This document shows, piece by piece, positions 18,544 through 27,056 of a stretch of 41,791 bases of DNA. The position numbers were made by a program, and so were the translations under genes. Position 1 is the stretch's first letter. Each line of letters opens with the position of its first letter. The notes under the pieces were generated by a model. It was not told the DNA's origin and ran no database searches. It saw only the letters and a list, made by a program, of their open reading frames with translations. Source of the DNA: Anaerolineae bacterium (lineage in GTDB: Bacteria > Chloroflexota > Anaerolineae > S140-20); assembly GCA_027021705.1 (NCBI GenBank), contig JALUTT010000076.1, positions 1-41,791 on the forward strand. Reading direction: 5' to 3'.

Positions 18544-21500
18544 CTACTCCTCCACGGTGATCTCCACCGGCACCTCCAACAGCCCAGGAGCTGTGATCGG
18601 CCCCATCAGGACCAGCCCGTAGTAGGTGCCCGGAGCCTTGCCGGTGGTGTCCCAGTTCACCGTGAGGGTGGCCGTTCCTCCGGCCGGGATCTCTGAAGGC
18701 AGGTCGGTGACCGTCACGTCGTAGCCCTGCACAGCGTTGATGGTCAGGTCGAACTGGTCCTCCCCCGTCGGGACGCTCCACCCGTGGACGGCGATGGTGT
18801 AGGTGCCATCTTCAGGGAAGAGGATGGAGACGCTCTCCTCGTCCGTCGGCGTGGTGGAGGCACCCAGCAGCGTACCGTCAGGTCCGTAGACGTAGAGGTC
18901 AATGTCCGAACCGCTGTCCGTGCAGCAGGTGCTCACATCCAGACGAGCCCCGTGCTCAATATCCACCGTGGTCACGAAGGAGGCGGTGGAGGGATCAGCC
19001 GGGTCGTCCTGGTAGACGGTCTCGCGGGTGGTGACGGGCGTCCCCAGCCCGAAGCCCTCGGCCGTGAAGTAGGACAGGTCCAGTTCGCTGCTGATGGTGA
19101 TCTCCATCGAGCCGGTGCCGGCGGGACCGCTGGCCTTCACGATGCCCGGATCCAGCGTCACCAGGCCCACCGAGCCGCCGAACCACTCCTCCAGCTTCCG
19201 ACCGTCCACCTTCACCTGGTGGAAGAGGATGGCGTGCAGACCCTCCTGGGCCGGGGCCGACACCATCTCGACGTTGATGCCCGAGGAGGTCTGGTAGAGC
19301 CACCGCCCGCTGCCGATGTAGGTGTAGACGCTCCGTCCAACCTCTTCCAGGGTGTACGGGCCGTAGAGGGCGGGATCGCCGGGGAAGCCACCGAAGGGGT
19401 AGCCGCAGCCCACGCCATTGCTGAAGCAGTCCTGGGTTGGGCCAAGGATGATGGTGTCTATGTCGGTCCCGATCCGCTGCCACAGGTTCTCCACCACCAG
19501 GAACGGCGTCCCCGAGGCCGGCAGGTCTTCGGCCTGGATGTCGGTCCAGAAGAACCGCCAGTCACCCGACTCGGCCCGCCAGTGGTAGTCGGTGTAGCCA
19601 AAGACCTTGCTGTTGTTGTAGAGGGTGAGGGTGGGCAAGGCCCTGTCGCGCATCCCGAAGTCGAAGCGGGTTCCTCGGGCGGCCACCGCCGCCGTCACCG
19701 GGATCACGACCTCCTCGTCGCCGTAGCTCACCAGGATCGAGCCCTCGTACATCCCGTAGGGGGCGAACTTCGGCACTTTGAAGATGGCCTTGAAGGTGGC
19801 GCTGCCGTGGGGCGGGATGGTGAGTCGCCACCGGTTCAGCCGGATCCAGGGCCACGGGGTACGCTTCCAGTAGGAGACCTCGACGGTCAGGTCGGTGGTG
19901 GGCACCTCAGGCACCTGATCCCGATGGCGGAAGGTCAGCAGGATGCCATCGGCCATCCGCTCCAGCGGGTTGGAGATACGGACCTGCTGGGAGGGGCCAT
20001 AGCTGTAGCCGTAGGAGAAGCGGATGTGTTCGTTCTCGTCCATCTCCCCCAGGTCCACCTTGCCGTTGCCGTTGGCATCCACCCAGAACTCCCCGTCACC
20101 GTCCAGGTCGGTCCAGTTCTGGAGGTGGACCCGCCAGTTGTTGTAGGGCGGTGCCAGGTCGTTGTTGGGGTCGAACTGCTCGTAGGGCTTGGTCACCCGC
20201 ACCATCAGCAGGTCGGTCCCGCGCGGGATGTCTTGGTCAATGCGGAAGACGTAGTCGGGCGTGGTGAAGGCCCCGTGGTCCAGCGACTGGTCCAGGGAGG
20301 TGAAGGAGTAGTCCCGCTTCCCGATCCGCCGGAACCAGTTGGTCTTGAGCTTCACCCGGAGGGGTTTGTCGGCGGGGTTGTAGAGGGTGAAGGTCTGGAC
20401 GTCCCGCTCACCGGGGTGGATGATGTGGGCGAAAGCCTCGTACTCGACCCCCCGGTAGTCCCCGACGGACCACTGGACCGGCAGGACGTAGGTGCCATCC
20501 AGGCCGGCGGCCACATCGGTGCCGGTGTCGGCGTTGACCAACCCGGCCCCCTGAGTCCAGACGTCGTGGTTTGTGTTCCGCGCCGAGCTCATCAGCAGGG
20601 CACGGGCCTCCTCGAAGGTCGGCCACGAGCCGGTGCGCTCACGCCAAGCCTGGTAGATCAGGGCCAGGTTACCGGCGGCCACCGGTGAGGCCATCGAAGT
20701 GCCCCCGAAGCTGGCGGTGGCCACAGCGCCCCACAGGATGCTGTTGAGGGAGAGGTCGCCGGTGCCAAAGGCTCCCGTCGCCACGACGTCCGCCCCCACC
20801 ACGTTGCGCACGCCGGGCCCCCGGTTGGACCACGACATCGGGTCGCCGCCGACGATCTGGTCCGCCGAGGCGATGGACTCGAAGATGCCGATGCTGCCGT
20901 AGAGGGTGGAGGCCCCCACCCCGATGCTGCTGGGCGGGCTGGGCGGCGCGACGGTGCCGTAGCCGGGAGCGCCGTTCCCCGTCGAGAAGAGGATGGCGGT
21001 GTGGGGGGCGTAGGCCCGGTTGATGGCGTCAATGAGGCGTGAGTAGTAGTCGAAGCCGTCGTTGTCGGTGCCGCTGAAGCCCCAGGAGTTGCTGACGATC
21101 TGGATGTCGTCACCGGTCCCCGGGATGGCGTCGTAGCCGAGGCCGGCGTAGATGTAGGGGTCCTCGATGAAAGGCGAGGCGTAGAAGTTGCCGTTCTGGA
21201 CAGAAGCGACCTCCTTGCCGGGTCCGACGACCAGCCCCTTCCCCTCGGCCTGGGGCGGTCCGCTCGGCCCCCAGTAGACGGAGCCTCGCACGACGCCCTG
21301 GCCGACCGCCACGGAGGTGACGCCCTGGCCGTGGTCACCACCGGGCTCGGTGAAGTCCTGGACGTGGAAGGCGACCAGGTCACCGTTGCCATAGGCGGTG
21401 CCGGGAATGCCCCAGAACCAGTCGAGGGTCGGGACTGGGGTCGTGCCGTCCGAGATGAAGTAGACGAGCCCGCCCGAGACGTCGTTCAGGCCATCGCCGT

Positions 21501-22641
21501 CGTAGTCGAGGCAGGCCACTTCCTGGTAGGTGAAGTCCCGGGTCAGGCGGGCCGGCGTGTCGTCGGTGAAGTCGTAGTTGTAGTTGAGGTCCACGTAGAC
21601 GGTGTCGTAGACGCCAGCGGTCCCTTCATCCACCACCAGCACGGCAGCCCGCTCGCCTGCCACCGCCGTCCCATCGCCGAAGGCACCGCTCAGGATGTCG
21701 GCCACGCTGGCCAGGGCCTTGTCGGGATGGGAGCCGATGTGGTACTCGCCGCTCTTGGAGGTGCCGGGCAGCGTGTAGGTGTGGGCTTCCTCCGCCCCGA
21801 TGGGCTTGTAGGTGGCCGTGGGACCGCTGACCACCGTCGAGGTGTCGGCGTAGTCGGCGAAGCCGTTGGCGATGTAGTCGGTCCCCAGATAGTAGTCCAC
21901 AGCGGCCACGTAGGAGGAGTAGGAGTCGAACATCTCCGGCAGGCCGTAGTAGGGCGAGGTGGGGTCCTCGATGTAGGCCCAGGTACCGAAGAGGTCGGGG
22001 TGGCAGTAATCGGCCCCGGAGTCGTTGGCCATATAGCGCACCCCCGCGCCGGTGTACCCCTTGGCCCAGGCCTCCTGAGAGCCGTGGATGGCGGCGGTGG
22101 TGTGGTACCAGCCTTCAGGGGCCGGACCCGGGCTGGCGTCGGGATCAGTACGGATGCGCGGTTCGATGGCCGCATTCAGCATCTCCTCCAGATCGGGTTC
22201 AACGGGGGGTGGCGGTTCGGCCAGGGACTCAGGCCGCTGCATAAAGATGACCCCGGGCAGCGTAGCCATCTTCAGCAGCGCGTTGGGCCTGGCGAAGCCG
22301 ATGGCCACGGTGGTGCCCAGGGGGCCGACGAAGGGGCGGACAAACCAGCGATCGGCATAGGCCCCCAGGTCCGTCCCGGCGACAATGTGGGCTACGAAGG
22401 GAAGCCCTTCCTCACCCACGGTCGGCGTGATCTCCCGCCCGGCCAGGACCCTCGTGACCGGCTTTCCGCTCAAGGCTGCCTCGATGTCTGCGAGGAGGTT
22501 GGGGTGGATCTTGGCCCGGGCGGCCTGGGGATCGGTCCTGATAGGCCCCTGGGCAAAGGCGACGGGATAGGTCGAGAGCACCAGGGCCAGGACCAGCAGG
22601 GCGTAGAGAATCCGTTGGTGGACCTTCCTGTTCCTAAGCAT
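18544..22641 (-). CDS. Large secreted S8 (subtilisin/pyrolysin-like) serine peptidase with C-terminal PPC-like domain
   Basis: Signal peptide (..VAFA-Q); triad NDSG / DHGQGV / GTSMASP; SNSWG; STGNG; C-terminal SDIDLYVYGPDG...GTYTIAVHGW. Confidence 0.88.
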   Translation of the reverse strand: MLRNRKVHQRILYALLVLALVLSTYPVAFAQGPIRTDPQAARAKIHPNLLADIEAALSGKPVTRVLAGREITPTVGEEGLPFVAHIVAGTDLGAYADRWFVRPFVGPLGTTVAIGFARPNALLKMATLPGVIFMQRPESLAEPPPPVEPDLEEMLNAAIEPRIRTDPDASPGPAPEGWYHTTAAIHGSQEAWAKGYTGAGVRYMANDSGADYCHPDLFGTWAYIEDPTSPYYGLPEMFDSYSSYVAAVDYYLGTDYIANGFADYADTSTVVSGPTATYKPIGAEEAHTYTLPGTSKSGEYHIGSHPDKALASVADILSGAFGDGTAVAGERAAVLVVDEGTAGVYDTVYVDLNYNYDFTDDTPARLTRDFTYQEVACLDYDGDGLNDVSGGLVYFISDGTTPVPTLDWFWGIPGTAYGNGDLVAFHVQDFTEPGGDHGQGVTSVAVGQGVVRGSVYWGPSGPPQAEGKGLVVGPGKEVASVQNGNFYASPFIEDPYIYAGLGYDAIPGTGDDIQIVSNSWGFSGTDNDGFDYYSRLIDAINRAYAPHTAILFSTGNGAPGYGTVAPPSPPSSIGVGASTLYGSIGIFESIASADQIVGGDPMSWSNRGPGVRNVVGADVVATGAFGTGDLSLNSILWGAVATASFGGTSMASPVAAGNLALIYQAWRERTGSWPTFEEARALLMSSARNTNHDVWTQGAGLVNADTGTDVAAGLDGTYVLPVQWSVGDYRGVEYEAFAHIIHPGERDVQTFTLYNPADKPLRVKLKTNWFRRIGKRDYSFTSLDQSLDHGAFTTPDYVFRIDQDIPRGTDLLMVRVTKPYEQFDPNNDLAPPYNNWRVHLQNWTDLDGDGEFWVDANGNGKVDLGEMDENEHIRFSYGYSYGPSQQVRISNPLERMADGILLTFRHRDQVPEVPTTDLTVEVSYWKRTPWPWIRLNRWRLTIPPHGSATFKAIFKVPKFAPYGMYEGSILVSYGDEEVVIPVTAAVAARGTRFDFGMRDRALPTLTLYNNSKVFGYTDYHWRAESGDWRFFWTDIQAEDLPASGTPFLVVENLWQRIGTDIDTIILGPTQDCFSNGVGCGYPFGGFPGDPALYGPYTLEEVGRSVYTYIGSGRWLYQTSSGINVEMVSAPAQEGLHAILFHQVKVDGRKLEEWFGGSVGLVTLDPGIVKASGPAGTGSMEITISSELDLSYFTAEGFGLGTPVTTRETVYQDDPADPSTASFVTTVDIEHGARLDVSTCCTDSGSDIDLYVYGPDGTLLGASTTPTDEESVSILFPEDGTYTIAVHGWSVPTGEDQFDLTINAVQGYDVTVTDLPSEIPAGGTATLTVNWDTTGKAPGTYYGLVLMGPITAPGLLEVPVEITVEE

Positions 22642-22841
22642 ACTCCCCTCCTGGTAAAACTGTTGTCGCAGGTGCGGAGACCTGGCTTGAGATCGGTCGC
22701 GCCATTTACAGCGGAGGTAGACGAGAGGTCATAGGACAAACGCAGTCCACCACCAAGAGACCCTCAACGGAATACGACCCGTCGAGGGCGGCAGCCAACG
22801 CCCAATGAAACCCATCACACCATTGGGACCAACTCCCAGGG

Positions 22842-22870
22842 GTAGGGACGCACCACGATGCACCCACTAC
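22842..22870. repeat. Degenerate GTAG-type REP palindrome
   Basis: gtagggacgcaccacgatgcacccactac, similar to the perfect copy at 38877. Confidence 0.5.
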
Positions 22871-23054
22871 CCGAGGGTGCTCAAAAGCGTTATCTTATTG
22901 GGCAAAGGGTTCAAGATAGTCCTCGGTGGTCTGGAGGGATCACTGGTCAGGACCGCCGATTGTCGTATTGCGCGTGCTGAGGAGGATGGATTGGGCTGCG
23001 CTGGAGAGGTACGACGAAGGGGGTATCGTGATGGCGGTGACCAATGACAGTCAC

Positions 23055-23084
23055 ATTATACCAGGAAAAACCATCCCAGGTCAA
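23055..23084 (-). promoter_or_regulatory. Promoter TTGACC-N18-TATAAT facing the S8 peptidase gene
   Basis: -35 at 23079-23084, -10 at 23055-23060, extended TG. Confidence 0.6.
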
Positions 23085-23167
23085 GAGGGTAACAGCCTTT
23101 TCCCAGGAATTTTAAAGCAGGGAGCAGGAGGCCAGGAAATCTTTCCCCTAGCCTAATGGCCTCTTTA

Positions 23168-23176
23168 TGGTACAAT
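23168..23176 (+). promoter_or_regulatory. Extended -10 (TGgTACAAT) for the S9 peptidase gene
   Basis: tggtacaat about 100 bp upstream of ATG 23277. Confidence 0.55.
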
Positions 23177-23276
23177 AGGACGCACACCGGAAGAGCATCT
23201 TCGACCAGGAGCCGGCTCCGCGCCCGGGCCGGAGTCCTGGCGAAGGCGCTCCAGGAGTACGGAGGAAGGAGAGACA

Positions 23277-25190
23277 ATGCCAGACCAATTTCGGATCGAG
23301 TCCCTGCTATCGGCCCGGCTCTTCCTGAGCCCGCAACTGGTGGAGGACCGCATCTTCTTCCTGAGCGACATGTCAGGACGCATCAGCCTCTACGCGATGG
23401 ACCGAGGCGGGAGCGTGCCAGAGCCCCTGCTGCCGCCCCACATCGCTCTGCAAAACCCGGCCCTCATCCACGGGGGCTACCCCTTCTACGTCTTCCCCCG
23501 CCTGGGCAAGGTCCTGGTGATGATTGACCGAGATGGGGACGAGAACTACCAGCCGACCTTCATCCCCCTGGAGGGCGGGCTGCCGGAACCCCTCTTCAAC
23601 GACCGATTCCGGAGCCAGCAGGTGATCTGTTCCCGCTGCGATCGAGAGCGCAATCTGGCCGTCTTCCAGGTGGACCCGAGGACCGATCCCCACCACCGCA
23701 CCTACCTGGTGGACCTGGAGAGGCTGGAGCTGACGGACCTGGGGACCAGCCTCTACGGCAACTGGGTGATGGGAGCCAACGCCGACTACTCCCGGATCGT
23801 GCTGGGGGACAGCTACACGGCCGGCGATCACGTCCTCTACCTCTGGGAGCGAGGGGGTGGTGCACGCCGGCTCCTGTACGGCACGCCGTTGGAGGAGCGG
23901 GAGAAAAGGGAAAGGGTGCCCCTGAACAGCATCCACTCCTGCCATTTTACCCCGGACGACCGGGGGTTGCTCTTCGTAACCTCCCTCTTCGACGACCGGT
24001 ACGGGCTGGGCTACTTCCCCCTGGACACGCCGGAGCAGATCCGTCCCGTCCAGGTCATCGGCACGGTGCACGAGGGGGTGGGGGAGTTGGAGCATCTGGA
24101 GCACCTGCAGGGTGACCGCTACCTCCTTCTCTACAACATTGACGGTTGCTCTTACGCCTACGAAGGCCGCTTTGACGAGGCAGCGTTGCGGTTTGAGGTA
24201 GACCGGGTCCTCTGTGGAACGGGGGAGCTGAGGGATGGCGTGCTTCAGTCCCTCTACTACGAGAAGGCCAGTGGGGATTACGTGCTCGCCTTCTCCACGG
24301 CGACTTCGCCGGCCCAGATCTACACCATCGAGGGCGGCGCCGAGCGCGTCGTCCAGCACACCCGGGAGCGAATCCTGGGCATCCCCCAGCACCTGCTCTC
24401 ACCGGGCGAGGATGCTTCCTTCACCAGCCACGATGGACTGCGGGTCTCGGCCCGGCTCTACCTACCCTCGGAGGCGCTGGGGTTCCAGGGGCCGCGTCCT
24501 GTCATCTTCTACATCCACGGCGGTCCTCAGAGCCAGGAACGGCCCGACTTCACCTGGTTCTCGATGCCCCTCATCCAGTTCTTCACCCTCAACGGCTTCG
24601 CCGTCTTCGTGCCCAACGTGCGGGGCAGCACCGGCTACGGCCTGGACTACATGAAGCGGGTGGACCACGACTGGGGCGGTCAGGACCGGCTGGACCACGT
24701 GGCGGCCTTCGAGCACCTGCGCCGGGACCCCCGGCTGGATATGGAGCGGGTGGGCGTGATGGGCCGCTCCTACGGCGGCTACATGACGCTGATGCTGGTC
24801 AGCATGCACCCAGAGCTCTGGAAGGCGGCCTGCGACATGTTCGGCCCCTACAACATGTTCACCTTCTTAGAGCGGATCCCCGAGACCTGGAAGACCTACT
24901 TCTACTTGGCCATCGGGGACCCGGAGAAGGATCGGGACCTCCTCGTCGAGCGCTCTCCCAGCACCCACCTCCACCGACTGGCCTGCCCCCTGCTGGTCAT
25001 CCAGGGGCGGAACGACCCCCGGGTGCGAGAGGGAGAGTCACGGGACCTGGTGGAGGCGCTGCGGGCTCAGGGCAAGGAGGTGGAGTACATCGTGCTGGAG
25101 AACGAGGGGCACGACGTGATCAAGTTCGAGAACAAGGTGCGCATCTACAACGAGATCGTGCGCTTCTTCGCCCGTCATCTGGAGCCTTGA
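23277..25190 (+). CDS. S9-family peptidase (acylaminoacyl/dipeptidyl peptidase-like)
   Basis: IHGGP, PNVRGSTGYG, nucleophile GRSYGG, NDPRV (Asp), EGH (His). Confidence 0.92.
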   Translation: MPDQFRIESLLSARLFLSPQLVEDRIFFLSDMSGRISLYAMDRGGSVPEPLLPPHIALQNPALIHGGYPFYVFPRLGKVLVMIDRDGDENYQPTFIPLEGGLPEPLFNDRFRSQQVICSRCDRERNLAVFQVDPRTDPHHRTYLVDLERLELTDLGTSLYGNWVMGANADYSRIVLGDSYTAGDHVLYLWERGGGARRLLYGTPLEEREKRERVPLNSIHSCHFTPDDRGLLFVTSLFDDRYGLGYFPLDTPEQIRPVQVIGTVHEGVGELEHLEHLQGDRYLLLYNIDGCSYAYEGRFDEAALRFEVDRVLCGTGELRDGVLQSLYYEKASGDYVLAFSTATSPAQIYTIEGGAERVVQHTRERILGIPQHLLSPGEDASFTSHDGLRVSARLYLPSEALGFQGPRPVIFYIHGGPQSQERPDFTWFSMPLIQFFTLNGFAVFVPNVRGSTGYGLDYMKRVDHDWGGQDRLDHVAAFEHLRRDPRLDMERVGVMGRSYGGYMTLMLVSMHPELWKAACDMFGPYNMFTFLERIPETWKTYFYLAIGDPEKDRDLLVERSPSTHLHRLACPLLVIQGRNDPRVREGESRDLVEALRAQGKEVEYIVLENEGHDVIKFENKVRIYNEIVRFFARHLEP

Positions 25191-25203
25191 GACGCATAGA
25201 AGC

Positions 25204-25232
25204 AAAAGGCGAGCCACTGCGGGCTCGCCCTT
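25204..25232. terminator. Hairpin between convergent genes, possibly a bidirectional terminator
   Basis: aaaa-ggcgagcc/ggctcgcc-ctt. Confidence 0.55.
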
Positions 25233-25260
25233 ACTACAAATCGGCGTCTAACGAACGCGC

Positions 25261-26376
25261 TCAGCCGCCGTGCGAAGCGAGGGGCTTCAAGAGCCGATAG
25301 CCGGCCAGAAAGATGAGCGCGGCCAACGAGACCACCCACACCATCAGCAGCCACTCGGTGAGCGTGGGGAAGTAGTCGAAGGTTAGGCCCAGGCCGGTGA
25401 AGGCGGTCTTCAGCCCCTCGAATTCGGGTACCACCAGGGCAGGAATGACCAGGTTCAGCTTGGTGCTGATGGCCGCCAGCGCGATCAGTCCACCGGCGGT
25501 GGCCAGGCCGGCCCGGCTGCGTCCGGCAAAGATGAGCAGGAGCAGCGGGATGAGCAGGCCCAGGCCCACGTGAACGAACCAGAAGACCCACCAGAAAGGC
25601 CCGAACAGGATCACCCGCAGGCTCTCCGACCGGGCGGGGATGCCGGCGTAGAGCGCGGTGGAGAACTCGGCCCACTCCAGCACCACCAGGCCCAACAGTA
25701 GGCCCAGAACCAGCCAGCGCAGCAGTTGACCGGCGTCCGCCTCCAGCCGGCCCAGCAGCACAGCCAGGAAGAGCACCAATGCCGCGCCGCTGAGCGCACC
25801 CTCCACCAGGAAGAGGATCGGCGTCAGCCCCGATTCCCACAGGGCCTGCGCACCCACCACGCCGAACAGTGAGCCCTCGGCCCCACCGAAGATGACCACC
25901 AGAATCAACCCCAGCAGGCTTAGGGTGCGCACCACCCCGGTCTCAACCTCTCTCTGCGTCAGATAAATGAGCACCAGCAGCAACACGCCGTAGATGACGT
26001 ACAGCCAGGCCATCACTCCCATCACCGAGGTGACGTTGGTGGAGAAGAAAAGTTTGAAAAAGCGGGCCGGATGGCCCAGGTCCAGCCAGATGGCCAGCAG
26101 ACCGCCGGCCAGGGCCGACAATGCCGTCAGCAAGGCGACGCGCCCCAGCGGCTGCAAAGCCTTCAAGCGGAAACCATAAGCCAGGGCCACGATCAGGTAA
26201 GCACCCACGGAGACGCCGATGAGCATGGCGTAGGCCGCTACCCACAGGCCCCAGGGCACATACGTGTTGTATGCCGCAACTGTGTGGCCGCCGGTGATGC
26301 GCTGCACCAGCCCCACCAGGCCGATGAGGAAGCCCACCACGGCCACAACCCAGAGGATTTTCTCAGCGGGTTTCAT
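25261..26376 (-). CDS. NrfD/PsrC-family membrane anchor, quinol-interacting subunit (C)
   Basis: [23 protein letters not shown]-terminal YFPTLTEW; many TM helices. Confidence 0.9.
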   Translation of the reverse strand: MKPAEKILWVVAVVGFLIGLVGLVQRITGGHTVAAYNTYVPWGLWVAAYAMLIGVSVGAYLIVALAYGFRLKALQPLGRVALLTALSALAGGLLAIWLDLGHPARFFKLFFSTNVTSVMGVMAWLYVIYGVLLLVLIYLTQREVETGVVRTLSLLGLILVVIFGGAEGSLFGVVGAQALWESGLTPILFLVEGALSGAALVLFLAVLLGRLEADAGQLLRWLVLGLLLGLVVLEWAEFSTALYAGIPARSESLRVILFGPFWWVFWFVHVGLGLLIPLLLLIFAGRSRAGLATAGGLIALAAISTKLNLVIPALVVPEFEGLKTAFTGLGLTFDYFPTLTEWLLMVWVVSLAALIFLAGYRLLKPLASHGG

Positions 26377-27056
26377 TTGGCTCGTCCTCCATCTCGCTGC
26401 AATGAGGCAATGCCGGCTGCCTCGGTTGTGTTTTCAGCAAGCACCGTCATCAGCCACTCCAGGTCGGCCTCGACGGCCGCCCGGGTAAAGTCGGCCAGCC
26501 CGGTGAAGAACGGATCGGCGCTGGCGCCTCCCAGCGCGGCGCAGAAGCGTGGCAGCCACGGCAAGAGGTGTTGCTGGATGAAATCGTGGCTGGCCTGGAG
26601 CGCCTTCTCCGTCTCCGCACTGCCTCCCGCAGCCCGCGCCGCCAGGTAGGCCAGGAAGCCCAATTCCAGGGCGATGTGATCGTCGGGCAGATGCACGTCG
26701 CTGGCGGGCACGGCCTGCCAGTCCAGGTAGACGCGGCGGACAGCTACCGCGGCCGGTCCCATCAACCGGCCGTCGTGCAGATAGTACGAGGCATAGGGCG
26801 GGGCCGGGGTCAGGCCGGGACCCTCCAGCAGCCGCGTCATCTCCGTGTTCAGCACCTCCAGGGCCGCCCGCCGGAAGCCATGGCCCTGCAAGCGGGTCTG
26901 CATCCGGCTCAGTCCTGGGGCCAGCGGCGAGGCCGGCGCGATCTCCAGACTCACCACCGCCTCCAGCACCGGCTCCCGCAGCGGATAGCTGTACAGCGCA
27001 CGCAGCAGGCTGTACAGCCCGACCCGTTCCTGCAACCTCTGCCGATCCATCATCAT
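26373..27056 (-). CDS. TorD/DmsD-family molybdoenzyme maturation chaperone (D)
   Basis: PPYASYY, PDDHIALELGFL, FIQQHLLPWLPRF; ATGA overlaps with both neighbours. Confidence 0.9.
   Translation of the reverse strand: MMMDRQRLQERVGLYSLLRALYSYPLREPVLEAVVSLEIAPASPLAPGLSRMQTRLQGHGFRRAALEVLNTEMTRLLEGPGLTPAPPYASYYLHDGRLMGPAAVAVRRVYLDWQAVPASDVHLPDDHIALELGFLAYLAARAAGGSAETEKALQASHDFIQQHLLPWLPRFCAALGGASADPFFTGLADFTRAAVEADLEWLMTVLAENTTEAAGIASLQRDGGRAK

Noticed and set aside
22805..23277. Small ORFs between the two peptidase genes
   Set aside because: No recognisable domains, atypical codon usage, and they overlap the divergent promoters.
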